A DNA stretch of 64,000 bases. Source: Camelus ferus (taxonomy: Eukaryota). Both the position numbers and the translations under genes were made by a program. The notes beneath the pieces were generated by a model. It was not told where the DNA came from, made no database searches, and saw only the letters and a list, made by a program, of their open reading frames with translations. Below, one piece after another: positions 39,931 through 52,443 of this stretch. Each line of letters starts with the position of its first letter. The stretch's first letter is position 1. Location of the stretch: positions 95,234,001 to 95,298,000 of the forward strand of contig NC_045697.1 in the NCBI RefSeq assembly GCF_009834535.1, read 5' to 3'.

Positions 39931-42900
39931 TATCATAAAACAAGACAAATCTCAAATATCTTAAATCAACTAGGTAATCCATGGACTAAGTCATACTCTT
40001 AACATCAACGTAGAGGACAGAGACTTTGCCCTGTTTATTTCTCTACCTTAGGGCACCAAAAACAGTGCCTGGCATAAGCAAAATTGTTCTAGACTTTCCA
40101 TTATCAAAGCTTAATAAAATATCACTGGTGAATTTTATTTAATTGCCTTATTTATCAATATGAATTTACATAATTAAAATAGTATTGATATGCATGAAGA
40201 TTAATGAATAATTATTGTACTGGATTAAGAGATACACACATGAAAAAATCATCATTGCATTTCAGGAAACTGATTTGCAGAAGTATAATTGGGATTTTTG
40301 GTGGGATCTGGTACAAAAAGTATCAGGTTTAAAATTAAAAAATCATATTTTATTCAGATGGTGATATAAAAAGATATTTCAAAGAGATATTTCTTGGGGA
40401 GGATGGATTATATTTGTGAAACACACTTATGTAACTCAAATAATATTTTAGACACAAAGATATTAGCAATACAATATCTAAAAAGAAGTTATATACATAT
40501 AAACACACACACTATATATATTTACTATTTTATCACCCATACAATGTTGAAGAAAATGATTTATAAATTATACAGTTTAGGTAATGTAATCACACCAATC
40601 TATGCTTTCTTGTCCTCATTAAATTATACAGTTTATTAATGATAAATAAATAAATATAATTTTGGAAAATAATTCAACCTTATTATAAAATGGTTACATG
40701 TATCTTAAAATAATAAACTGAAGTTCTCATCAGGAAATAATCAATACATGCTTGAATTTATTTTCAGTTTAGGAACATGAAAAAGGAGAGTTAGATTAAG
40801 GCCTTTAGAAATGTTACCGAAACTTCTTTTTTTCCTTCCTCATATCAAGACTGATTCTTTGATGAATGATCTCAAGACCGTACCTCTTTGATTATTTCTG
40901 ACATTTTATAAGACCAGATATGCAAATGTCCTTGTGCTTAGAACAGTTACTTAGTTTGTACAATATTTGTCTCTGTATAAAATAGTGGAAATAGATCCAG
41001 CTTCTACAGGCATTTCATTTTTTATTATATTTATTTGTATAAGGATCTTTTGGTATTAATTACTTCAATAAGACTTCTTGTTTGTTTGTTTGTTTGTTTT
41101 TTAATGTGGTAAGGGGCCAATGGAGATGGGCTGAAAGTCAGATACACAGGCTGTGTGATACATAGTTTACTTAGAAAATCTTCAGGCAGTTTCCATGGCA
41201 GCTAAAAAATAACTATGTTATAAAATAAATTATTTAATGTTTAACTTCTCTTTAAAGATATTAGAGTGCGTATCTCTCAAAGATAGGAAAGAATTATTAA
41301 AGTCTGTTTCACATGTGTGTTAATAAGTAAAGCTTATTAACAAATACATTTAATATATTTTAAAAAACTAGCATACTTAAATTTAAGAGAAAAAAATAGC
41401 TACATTATATATTGAAGATTCCAAACTTCAATTATAGGAGCTGTCAAGAGGAATATATATTTCATTTGTATCTAACATATTTTAAGTTCCACACTCCCCT
41501 GAATCTCTGAGGATCCCAGGTCACCTGTGGATTTTATATCTTATAGCCCACACCTGAGCACTTTAGTCACTGTGGTGAATACACTGTCTCTTCCAGTAAA
41601 TACAAGGTCCTGTCCATGACCATAAAATCTTGAACAAGGTTAATAAATAATCCATGTGGAATTGAATCTTGCTGTCATATTAGTTTCTGGCTAATCTGGT
41701 TTTGGCAAGTATATAATTACTTCTTTGAAATTAGTAGATTGTTTGCTCTGTGTTCAGCAGTGATATAACATGTAGTGACAGAAACAAAGGAGCTTACTGA
41801 CCATCAGAGCTTTCTGCCTAGACCTAGTTTTACTACTGGGGGTGCTAGGGAATTAGGTGAAGAGGCAGCTAACCTAATAAAAACATTGTGTGACCTCTAA
41901 ATCCCATATAAAAGACCCAATGATTTTGATACTTCTTTTGACATATCTCTAATCTTTAAAAATATATATTTGTATGTATATTTGTTGTCTATGTATTTAT
42001 TTATACACTTACATGTGTATATACACATATGTGTTCTTTTTCTGAAATGTTGTTTATTTAGCTTACCATGAGGATACATTTTACCTTTGCTGGGAGCTTT
42101 TTTTTTACCATCCATTATTAGTTAGATACACTATGCTATTACATTTTTTCTACTTTAGCTGAAATAGGAATATATATTAATATCATACATTTCAGAGAGG
42201 TGCATTTTTCTCATTTAATTATACTGTCATGTTTATCATTTTCTATAATATCCAATAAATTTTACTAATTCTTTCATAATTATTTTAAGTATTATAATAT
42301 CACATATAATAATGTCCATGTTATTTGCAATATGCATCAAACAACGAAGCTGGAATTTTTCAGAAAATAAAATTGATAGAGTTTTATAAATTGCAAAGAA
42401 ATTTTCAAAAATCAGAAAGAGAGTAAGAGAGAAAGACACAGAAAGAGAGAGACAGAAAGACAGAAAATATGAAATAAAGTTAAAATTTTTGGAATAAAAT
42501 ATTTAAACCAAAGACCAAACAAAAGAAAGCCAAATTAACATCATTTGCAAAAGAAAATAATCTGTTTAGTTCCTTTCTTACCATAAAATAAGTTTCAAAA
42601 ATATTTTAACAGTAACTTATTCCTGTAAGTCTCTTTCAGTGAAAAAAAAAATGTAAATTTCTTTACATTTTAATATTTTCAAATTCTATGAGTCTATTTA
42701 GATACTAGGGAATGGGATTCATTTATGCCAATAATGCTGAATGCATTTTAATAGTTACCATATGAAAATTAAATAGGTCTTTCAAAGGAGTCAGTAAAAG
42801 AGAGCATGTTAAAGAGGTTTTTAAAAAATTAAAAACCCACTAAAGAAAACACGTGTAACATCTGCTATTTTTAGGATACAAGATTTTAACATCTTTAAAG

Positions 42901-43643
42901 ATAGTACTAGAAGTGCCCAGGATAGTACTAGAAAAACCCAGTCTTAAGGTAATCTTATTCAAGAATAGAGTAGGGATAGTGAAATATATCAGAATTCCCT
43001 TTAAAATGCAACTATCTATCAATTTACATAAATACATACAACAGTAATTAAATCTAATTTCATAAAGGCAAGCTCAAAGCTTCAATTTTTGGTTCATTTT
43101 GTTTTATAAATAAAAGATTAAAAAATAGTGATTTTATAACAAATCTGTGGCACCATCATATTCATCAATGCAAAAGTTAGAATTATGTTCATCAGTTAAA
43201 AAAAAATTAAATTTAAAATGGGCAAGCAGTGAATAATTTTGAGAGTGAAAAGATCATTGTACTAGCTGAAATAATAATGAGTTCTAATGATCTATTTTGC
43301 AGTCATAAATTTTATTCACAGGATTAAAATGATAGAAGGGGTATTGAAATATTTTCTAATTATAAAAATATTAGTGGTAACTAAAAGAACATTAGGTATC
43401 AGTGTTGAAAATCAGTGTTTATATTTTGTTGATAAAAGGGAAATGGTAAAGTTAGGAGAGAAAGAAAATCAGCTGAGACTGTCATAGCCAGGAAAGGGAG
43501 GTTCTCCTTCAGGATCTTAAGGCAGTTTTCTCCTGGGCCTGCAAAAAAATCATGCTAACATTTATTGTTCATTTATTACATAAACTTGGATTTTTTTTAA
43601 GTGAGGACATCTGGCAAAAGCCAGCTAGGCTTTGCTCTGCAAC

Positions 43644-44049
43644 TGTACTGAGGGTCCCAAGACCACCTTCGGGCTCAATGGTTTGCTAGAAGGTCTCCCA
43701 GGACTCAAAAAAGATGTTATTCTCACAAATATGGTGAAAAATATAGACTAAAATTAGCCAAGGCATGTAGCATCTGCATGAATGACCTCAGCTACCTAGA
43801 CTCCAGATCCACAAGTGGAAAATCAGGTATTCATCCTAAATCACATTGTTAGCATCACCTGTATGATCATATTGGTACTGGGTAGTTCACTGCCTCAGGC
43901 ATACAAAACCAGTCTTATCAGTAGACTGTTCCTAAGGCTCAGGGTTCATGTCTCCAGGGCTGGCCAAGGACTAGTCCTAAAGGCAGGCCTTTCTTGGAAA
44001 TGCCAGATTTGAACTACCCAGGCCTGCTGAATTAATTCGTTTCTATATA
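43644..44049 (-). mobile_element. MER77/MER76-like ERVL LTR with internal deletion
   Basis: GGGTCCCAAGACCACCTTC...GCTAGAAGG...AAATCACATTGTTAGCAT...TCTTATCAG...GGCCTGCTGAATTAA; homologous to the 28.0-28.6 kb copy. Confidence 0.8.
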
Positions 44050-44469
44050 GGAATCAGTTACCCCAAAACTCAGTGGCGTGACACAACAATATTTATTACC
44101 TCACAGTTGCTGTGGGTCAAGAATGCAGGTGCAGATCACCTGGGTCTTTTGTTTCAGAGTCTCTCACAGGCAGCAAAATGTTGGTGAGAGATGTAATCAT
44201 CTCAGCGTCCACTGGGGAAGGGTACACTTCCAAGTTCACTCTTGTGGGTGTGGGAAAGATTCATTTCCTTGCGGGCTCTTGGAATGAGAGCTTCAATTCC
44301 TCACCTGCTGTTGGCAAGGGACAGTCCTCAGTTCCTTGCCATGCAAGTCTCTCCAACATGATAGCTTGCTTCCTGAAAGAGAACAAGCCAAGAAAGGCAA
44401 GAGAGTGCCAACAAGAGAAAGGGTGCTAGCAAGATGAAAGTCATAGTCTGTATAATCTAATATTGAAAG

Positions 44470-44954
44470 TGTGAACGAAAAATACTGCAAACCATATCAG
44501 TAAACAAAGAATGTTGAAGCCATTAAGTCATCAGCGGCTGCCGCCCGCCCCCGCCCCCCCCGAAGACAAGCCTGCAGCCCAGCCTCTGCAGCCACTCACA
44601 ATGGTACACCCTGAGGGGAAACAGAATAATAAAGGACAGGATACTGGCCCTAGATAGCTAGGGGCTTGTCAAAGGAATGAATTCAATGAGCCCAAATGTT
44701 TGCTTCCTCCCATACATAGAAAAGCACTAAATTCTTTAACTTGAGATGCCTGGTTTTCTTTAGATAACAAGCAATCTTTTATTGTTTCAACTACCTGGTC
44801 TTTGTTGTAAAGCTCCTATATATCCTAGTTCCTCCCCTACCTCTTGGGAGCCGTCCCTCAGAGCGATCTGAGAGGCAGTCATCCCGGCTCAAATCCTCCC
44901 AGCAAATAAAACATAACTCTCAACTTTTAGGCTGCGCATTTATTTCAGTCGACA
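44470..44954 (+). mobile_element. Intact ERV1-class solo LTR (artiodactyl MER41-like), 485 bp
   Basis: TG...CA termini, 4-bp TSD AAAG (44466-44469, 44955-44958), TATATA near 44817, AATAAA near 44905, 3' end AATAAAACATAACTCTCAACTTTTAGGCTGCGCATTTATTTCAGTCGACA; CpGs retained. Confidence 0.9.
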
Positions 44955-45349
44955 AAAGCAATAACCCATCATTTTTGCCATATTTATATTCGTTTGAGGC
45001 AAGTTCATTATGTTCATTTAAAGGTCCAGCTCACATCAAAGGAAGGGAATTACCCAAGGGCATGTATAGCAGGAAGCATGGATCCTTTGCAATGATCTTA
45101 GAAGCCCACCTTCCACAATACTGAAGGTAAAGAATTTTTACAAGAAATCCAGATTAATTGGTAGAGCCACTCTGTGGCTATGATGCAATAAGACAAAAGC
45201 AGATCCACTCAATAATCATGTCTGAACACAAAGAGGAGGATACAATACAATCAGAAAATGTATGCCCCTCTCTTGACTGGCATGTATCACTGCTGCTTCT
45301 TTATCTGTACTTTTCCTATGCATTGGGCTACCTATGTTACCTATGTTAA

Positions 45350-45656
45350 ACCCAGGCATAAATGAATCCCATTACCTAAAACTATGTGTTTAGTTCCTCT
45401 TGCCCCCTAGATAAAAATTTTTAGGACATTCAACCATGAAATTGACCTCACCCCTGGGAGCAAACAATCTAGAACAACTCCTCACTTATTTAAACCCTTG
45501 CTAAACCAAAACCCTCTAACAAGCCTCTTCTAAACCCTCCTACTGAGATGCCTCATGGTTCCCCATGGTACCCTTCTCCCTGCTGTAGTAAGCTAATACA
45601 CCCAACTTTCTTTCACTATAGGTGATTCCTTGTGGTCTCTGGCTGGTGGGGATACA
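45350..45656 (+). mobile_element. MER110-like ERV1 LTR
   Basis: CTACTGAGATGCCTCATGGTTCCCCATGG...CCCAACTTT...GGTCTCTGGCTGG...ACA. Confidence 0.65.
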
Positions 45657-45659
45657 TAT

Positions 45660-45860
45660 TAGGCTTTATGCTAAGAACTTTGCGTAGATTGTTTTATTTA
45701 AATCCCCCAAACCCCATTAGACATGTACTATTAATAGCCATAGTTATCAAATAAGTATTAGAGGCTTAGAGACTTGTAACAACTTTCCCTACTGGCAAAG
45801 CTAAGAATTAAACCCAGACAGTTTGTCTCTTGCATGAGCTTTAAATCACTCAACACATTT
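45660..45860 (-). mobile_element. MIR SINE
   Basis: TGCTAAGAACTTTGC...TTTAAATCC...GAGGCTTAGAGA...AATTAAACCCAGACAGTTTG. Confidence 0.6.
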
Positions 45861-47151
45861 CTTCTACTAACTCTTTGCTAAGTACTATCAAAATGGTATA
45901 ATGATGTATTTTTTATATCTGTCTCACCTTTAAAATATAATACTCTCCCTGGAGGGGACAGACTGCTTTATAAGTCTGTTGAGTGAATAAAATATTGCAA
46001 TTAACCACATATATGTATTTTACTTAAAATGACATGTATATAAAATTTAATTATATTTTCATCCCTGACCTCTATCTTGGACTACATTTCTAAATTTCTG
46101 CTATTGCTCTCAACTTTTCTTCTGGTTAAAGTGAACATGTATGTCTCGTTGTGCGTTTATCTCCTTGCTTCTACTGCAAGTCTGCTTTCCTGTGCCTGAG
46201 TTCCTGGGTGGTTACCTTTCTCACACAGCTGGTCTTCTGGAATTATGTTCCGTTTTTCTAATTTAATCCTGACATGTCAAAACCACCTTCATGGCTGATT
46301 CCTTATTTTTTGCCTTTAACCTGGATGAGAACAACTTTCAGAGCTTATGAGTATTCTGTTCAGATGTGATGATGGGTAATGCCCACGCGGTTGGATCTGT
46401 TTAGTACCTACTTAATGTCTTTTTGCTTGAAGGTAATCTTTGCTTAACTTCCCAGTCTGTCTGATCTGTTTTTCCCAACACAATCAGTGCCTCCTAAAAG
46501 GTACCTGAGCTCCGGATGTGACATGCCTAGGTACTGGGTAACTTGAAAAAATGTTTCCATTCGATAGTTTTGACAATAAAGTCTTACCCAGCTTCCCTTC
46601 TTACTCACAGTCATGCCTATGCTATATGCTGCTACTAGAATTATCTGCCTAGACTGCAGAATTGTTTAAAACATGTAATTTCTTTATTGAAACATCTATC
46701 CCTAGTACTGTGTTGTTTACAAATTGCTTTATTCCTAGGTCTGTTGTTTATAGCTCTTGCAATGTACTTTCTTCACTTTTCAAATCTACAAACTCCTCAA
46801 ACTACTTACTGCAATCAAAACTGTCTGTCAGCTCCCAAATGACTGTGTATGTATAAATATTTGTATGCTCAAACCTTGATCAAGTCCCAATTTGTCTGTA
46901 ACGTCTCTGTTTTTCCATCACCTGTTTCTAGTGATCTTACCCTTTGAGTATCTAAAACATGATTATCTAAATCCTATGTGGAACTGTCATTTCGTACTTT
47001 ATGTGCTATACCTGAACAAGATTTTAAAGCCAGCACATAGACAACATTATGAAGATTCCTGTTTTTTTAAGTTAGGAAAAAAAAAATGTCCTAAATTATT
47101 CACTGATAGAAATAACTCAGTGGGTTATTTGTGAGTTAAGTGGGTTTCATG

Positions 47152-47630
47152 TTTTCTAATATTGGTTCTCCCAGAGGAAGAGCGAGACTAACGATAAACT
47201 CCAGATGGACTATTTGGGAAGAAATTCATGAACACTGATGGGAGCACAGGGAAATGAAACAGGAAGGGAAGGAGCTAACAAAATTGGTAAACAAGATAGC
47301 ACTGTGAGCAAACAGAGCTCAGTCCTTGTGAAGAATTCAGGGAAATGATTTAAAACACAGACCCATGACATCAAAACAAGGGATGGGATGAAAATTTCCC
47401 CCAACTCATGTCTGTCATTAGTTGAAGCCAGTTCCCAAAGGGTATTAATTTCCAGCCCTTCCACGCAGCACCTCTCTTCAGTGTGCATGGGCAGAGAGAG
47501 CTGGTGTGGACACACAAGACTCTGAGGTAAAACGCTGTGGTGATGCTGGCAGTTGGCTTTGGGGGAAGCCTTTGCGAAAACTTTTAAGTACTAAGAGGGG
47601 ATGGAAGGACACTAATGCAGCTGCTACTGA
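47152..47630 (-). mobile_element. ERVL-class LTR (LTR67B/LTR40-like)
   Basis: TATTTGGGAAG...ACAGGAAGGGAAGGAGCTAA...CCAACTCATGTCTGTCATTAGTTGA...TATTAATTTCC; subfamily is tentative. Confidence 0.65.
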
Positions 47631-50600
47631 GGGTGAAGAAATTAGGAAATATCTTTATTAAGTTACATTAATTTGGTGTTGCTCTGGGAAAGTATGTCTT
47701 GGAATATGACTATAATAATAAAAACAATGTTACTAATAATTTCCAAGCACTTCATTTAATGAAAGACCACGTTACCAGATAAAGGGTTTGAAGAGGGAAA
47801 GCTGGAAAATCAGATATAACATTGGAAATTATAATCATTGTGTCTCGGTTGCTTCATGGGAGATGGTCTTCTATTCTAGTGCCATTTAAAGTTTGGGCAG
47901 CAAAGTATGTCACTGGATCACCATAATAACAAAAGCTTGTGTTATAATTTAAATCAACTAGACCATATTACTTTGGTTAGCTGAGATTTCAATTTATATT
48001 CTGGCACAGGCTTCTCATCTCCCCCCATAGCTGACAACAAAGTTTGTGGGCCAGATATTTTGCGAAGTACAAACTCATGAAGCTATTTTGCTCCACTCTG
48101 TAATTGTATACCTTTTTAAACCTGCCACATTTTATTGCTCTGCTTACATACTCAACAAGCGGCCTTGGATAATAATTTGGTTTTTCATGTAAACTCAATA
48201 GAAAAAAATTGGATAGGCCAATTAGACTAAATACGATTGTTAATTTATTGGTTATATGTTTGCTCTAGATGAATAGATCACCCCTTTGATTCATGCATCA
48301 ATTTTGTGTGAGTTTTATTAGTAGATCAGACTCCCAGGAGACTTGTTATCTGCAGGTGTGCTGATGAAACTGAACTTCTGGACATCCAGTGCTTATTACC
48401 AAACCCTGAAATATGGCTGCCAGCTTGTGAAGCAATGTCTGGGGGGTCAGTGTGCCTCCAGGTGTGATAGTTCTTCCTCTTTCATCTGCAGCAGTAACAG
48501 ACCTTAAACGACAGGGGCAGGATTCATTCCTCTTCTAGAATCTACCTTATTACAGTTTGTAGACATTTACAGATCATGGTTATACATGGTCAGAGCACCT
48601 CTGAAAAGTTGTTCAGGCCAGTTAATTATCAAATAAGGAAAATGATATCCATAGAGTTGACATTAGTGGGCCAAGACAATTTAGTTAATTACAGAAAGTA
48701 CTAGACTCAAGGATTCCTAAACCCCATTCCAATACTTTATCTCCTTTCTCAAACTAAATCCTTCAGAAAACTTATATATATATATATGTACACATATAAT
48801 TTGCTGATATTCAGTTTCTCACTTTGCTAATATTCAGTTGCCAACTTTTGCATAGTGAGTAATAATATAGCTGAATAAATAGATATAAAAATTATATCAT
48901 TAAATCTTTAGAACATTTAGTTTTATGTTAAATGAATCCGAATTTATTTTCTCTCTGAGATCTAGTTTTCTATAAGTGACTCAGACATTGGAGGTGATAT
49001 TATCACAGTTGGTCCCAGGACTGAAAGATTAAGTTAAAAAAAAAAAAAAACTAACTTAAGCATACATAAGAATTTCAGCTATCTCTTATTTCTCTACCCA
49101 GAAATCTGCTGAAAGAGTTGTCCAGTTTAGCATGTCCTTCCTAATAAATGAATATCCAGCAAACTTTTTTTTGCAAAATTCTAAAATAGCACTTTTTTTT
49201 TTATCAGGAATAAGTTCTATTTAAAGAGATCTATCATTTAATAAAATTTTATAAGCACTGAAATTATCATTTCAATTATCTTTCAAATATGGAAGAAAGG
49301 CATAAGTGTAATGTGCATTACACTTTCTTCATTTGTAGCTTTTCTAAATATACTTGGAAATTCAGGTTTTGAGTTCATAGATCAGATAAGGCAGAAAATA
49401 GACTCTTTCGGAGAACGTGAAAATACACTGCGTTCGGAGTATGAAAGTTAATTTAGATTTCTGGATAAATCCCTGGGTCTCTGTTTCCTAATTTGTAAAA
49501 TAAGGAGCTGAGGAAAAAAACGACATTTTATAATCCTTTCTAGATCTAAAGTGCTGCAGTTTAGATTGAGTCTGTATTGACGTGGATGTGAGTATCAAGG
49601 AAGAGAACACGAAGGAAAAAACAACCTCATAGAGCTCTGTGATCAGCTCTATGATGCAAAGCTAATGGGACATGTGCCAATGGATGAACACAAACGTCAG
49701 AATAGTGAGACTAAGTGTGTGTACCGTCTGCCCTCAATGATGGGAATCAGCAAGTAAAACCATGCTCAGCAAGGTATATAGTGTACCAGGGTGTGGTTAT
49801 TGTGCTTGAAGAGCATTCCCAAAGGCATAGGCTAAGAGAGAATAGAAAACAGAATGATTTACTCATGAGGAATCACCTAACATGACTGAGTGGGAAAAGT
49901 TAAACATTCTATCCAGTTTTCCTGTGTTATGCTACTTAGCACTTATTTCACTATCACTTATTTGATATATGGCTTGATTTATTTACCATTTTTCAACTTT
50001 TTGTTTTGCAAAATTAGAAATTCTTTGAGCAAAGGGAGCATGTTTTACTCATCCTCATTCTAACACCACACGCTATAGTATTTTTCAAGGGCTGATGCAT
50101 AAAAAAATTATGTGAGTTAACTATTATGAGTCTCCAAAAGCCACTTTGGGGCCATTAATATTACTAATTATAGGTAAAATCTTGGAGGTAAAAACATATA
50201 AAACCATGTGAGGCAGAGACCACCGCAAGTTTTCTCAAAATATAAGATTTCCCTGTTACACTGGGTTATGAACACGGTAAAGAAGTGACATTGTACCTTC
50301 CAAGAATATAACAGCTAACATACAATTTGCTCCACACCACTGGACCTAGAGCAGCTTTAATAAGGGAGGTGAACTTGAGAATACAGAACATGAAAAATGA
50401 ACATAAAAACCAAATAAATCAAGACAAAATAATCTAGAGAAGACATCTGGGTCCCTGAAAGTTTTGTGAAAAACACTGATTGTCCAAGTCTGGTCATTAA
50501 TGTACAAAACTTTGTTTCTTTTATTAAGCCATTAACTAGCTGTCTCTAACACTCATATTTATTCCTGATTGAAGCACCAAGAACAAAGAATGTAAAGTCA

Positions 50601-50719
50601 AGGCAAACGTGTCTGAAGTGATAGCTATGACAATGGCAGAGTTTCATCATTGCGTGCCTTCTGATCTCAGTAATCTGAATGAGTCACTGGTTTATTGATG
50701 AAAAACATATCTTATACTG

Positions 50720-50960
50720 GTTCACTATCCTTGGATTTTGATGCCAGGCAGTTAGATACAAACCTGGGTTATATCCCAAATGTCCATGTGTCATGGGTCA
50801 AGCTCCCAGCATCTCACTATCTCAGCTTACTAATCTGTAAATAAAAATGCAAAGAGAGAACTCATGGTCTGTCTAAAAGACTGGAGGATGTATATTAAAA
50901 AGCTTACAGAGTTACATGATGTATAACAAGGGACTCAATATGCAGAAGCTGTTCTTACTT
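50720..50960 (+). mobile_element. MIR SINE
   Basis: AACCTGGGTTATATCCC...TCTCAGCTTACTAATCTGTAAA...AAAGCTTACAGAGT...CTCAATA. Confidence 0.55.
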
Positions 50961-51039
50961 ATTTCTCTTTGTACATATGAACACATGTTCATATACACAT
51001 GTGATAATTGGTTGTATACACATGTTGTGAAATCATATT

Positions 51040-51560
51040 AAATGTGAACAGGAATATATTGGTAAATAAAATAACACATAGCTGTAAAGAATGCACAACC
51101 TATCAAGAGAGATAGGCATGTGAAAAAGTAATTTAATAAGTGAGACAGAATTATGACAGTGATATGCAATTGTTACTCAAAGAACAGGGAGAAAAAGCAA
51201 CTGACTTAGGCTAGAAAGGCTTATAGAAGGAGTTGAAAGAAAATAACATGTGAGTTTAGACATAAATAATAATTAGGAGGTAGCCGGGTGGCAGGTGACT
51301 GTGTCAGAGGAAGGGAAACCATTCCCAGGAGAGTGAGAACCCTGCACTAAAATGCTGTTATGTGCTGTCACAGAGCTGAATACAAGTCAGTAAAGCTGAG
51401 GCAGAAAGCAGAGAGAATGGCAAATTGTCTACAGAGTGGCTGAAGAGAAATGCAAGGACCAAATCGGTCATGAAGGGCTTTGAAAGTTCTGCTAAAAATT
51501 TGCACTGTGTCCTGAAACCATTGTGAAAATTTGCTAGGGTGAATACCAGTTTAATCTGCA
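51040..51560 (-). mobile_element. L2 fragment
   Basis: AGAAAGGCTTATAGAAGGAG...GGAAACCATTCCCAGGAGAG...TCATGAAGGGCTTTGAAAG...TTTGCACTGTGTCCTGAA. Confidence 0.6.
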
Positions 51561-51877
51561 GAGTAAATGGTGTGGGTAAAAGTATAGAATATAAATGGCA
51601 TAACTTTTGGGAAGTTTAATTTTGAATGGAATTTGGGAAGGAGACATTGAGCTGAATTCCCCAAATATTCAACCGATGAGAATGACTGACTATGACATCA
51701 TTGGTAAATGACTGCATATAGAAAAAAATTGTATTTATAAAATAAAGACCAATGAGATATGCAGTTCAACTCTCTTGTTAATATTCTATTTTCTTTATGA
51801 TGAACTCTGAGAAGTTATCCTTTCCAGAGAAGTATGGAGTATTTTATCACCGTTTTTTTCCAGAAAGGAATCCTTAT

Positions 51878-52390
51878 TCTTTTTTGTCCCCCAGCTTTAT
51901 GAAGATGTAATTGATGTTACATTGTATAAGTTTAAGATGTACAACATAATGATTTGATATATACATATATTGTGAAGTAATTACCAAACTAGTTTAGTTA
52001 ATACATCCAACGCCTTTACTTTTCTTGTGGTAAAAATTTTTTTTAATCTTTTAGCAACATTCAGTATACAATACAATATTGTTAACTATAGTCACCGTGT
52101 GGTCTATTATATATTCACAATTAAATTCTCTAACTGGAAGTTTGTACCTTTTGACCACCTCCACCTATTTCCCACAGCCCCTCACCACCCCACCCACCAC
52201 CCATCTCTGGCAACCATCGGTCATTTCTCTCTTTCAATGGATTCATTTTTTCTAGATCCCACATGTAAGTGAGATCATATAATATTTGTCTTTGTCTGAA
52301 TTATTTCACTTAGCATAGTGCCCTCAAGGTCCATCCATATTCTCACAAAAGATAAGATTTCCTTCTTTTCTATGACTGAATAATATTCGT
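51878..52390 (-). mobile_element. L1MA-like 3' end
   Basis: CAGCTTTATGAAGATGTAATTGA...GTACAACATAATGATTTGATAT...TAACTGGAAGTTTGTACCTTTTGACC...TTATTTCACTTAGCATAGTG; minus ORF 52275-52487 contains EYYSVIEKKEILSF...WMDLEGTMLSEI (ORF2p C-terminus). Confidence 0.92.
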
Positions 52391-52443
52391 GTGCGTGTGT
52401 GTCCGTGCGTGTGTGTCCGTGCGTGTGTGTCCGTGCGTGTGTG
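52391..52443. repeat. 14-bp minisatellite (GTGCGTGTGTGTCC) x ~3.8
   Basis: Three perfect units (52391-52432) plus 11 bp of a fourth. Confidence 0.95.

Larger units (their letters stand above)
43620..45117 (-). mobile_element. MLT1F-like MaLR LTR, split by two younger LTRs
   Basis: TTACCCCAAAACTCAGTGGC...CACTTCCAAGTTCACTC...CTCAGTTCCTTGCCATG (44055-44469) resumes at 44959 (CCATCATTTTTGCCATATT...CTTCCACA). Confidence 0.85.

Noticed and set aside
41189..41202. Near-consensus RFX X-box GTTTCCATGGCAGC
   Set aside because: Single imperfect motif with no promoter context.
42900..42941. 21-bp imperfect tandem duplication (GATAGTACTAGAA...CCCAG x2)
   Set aside because: Ordinary old slippage duplication with 3 mismatches and no other signal.
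49627..49654. Hairpin TCATAGAGCT-N8-AGCTCTATGA (similar short stems near 41318 and 50975)
   Set aside because: 9-10-bp stems are expected by chance in 64 kb of AT-rich DNA and are too short for a pre-miRNA or MITE.
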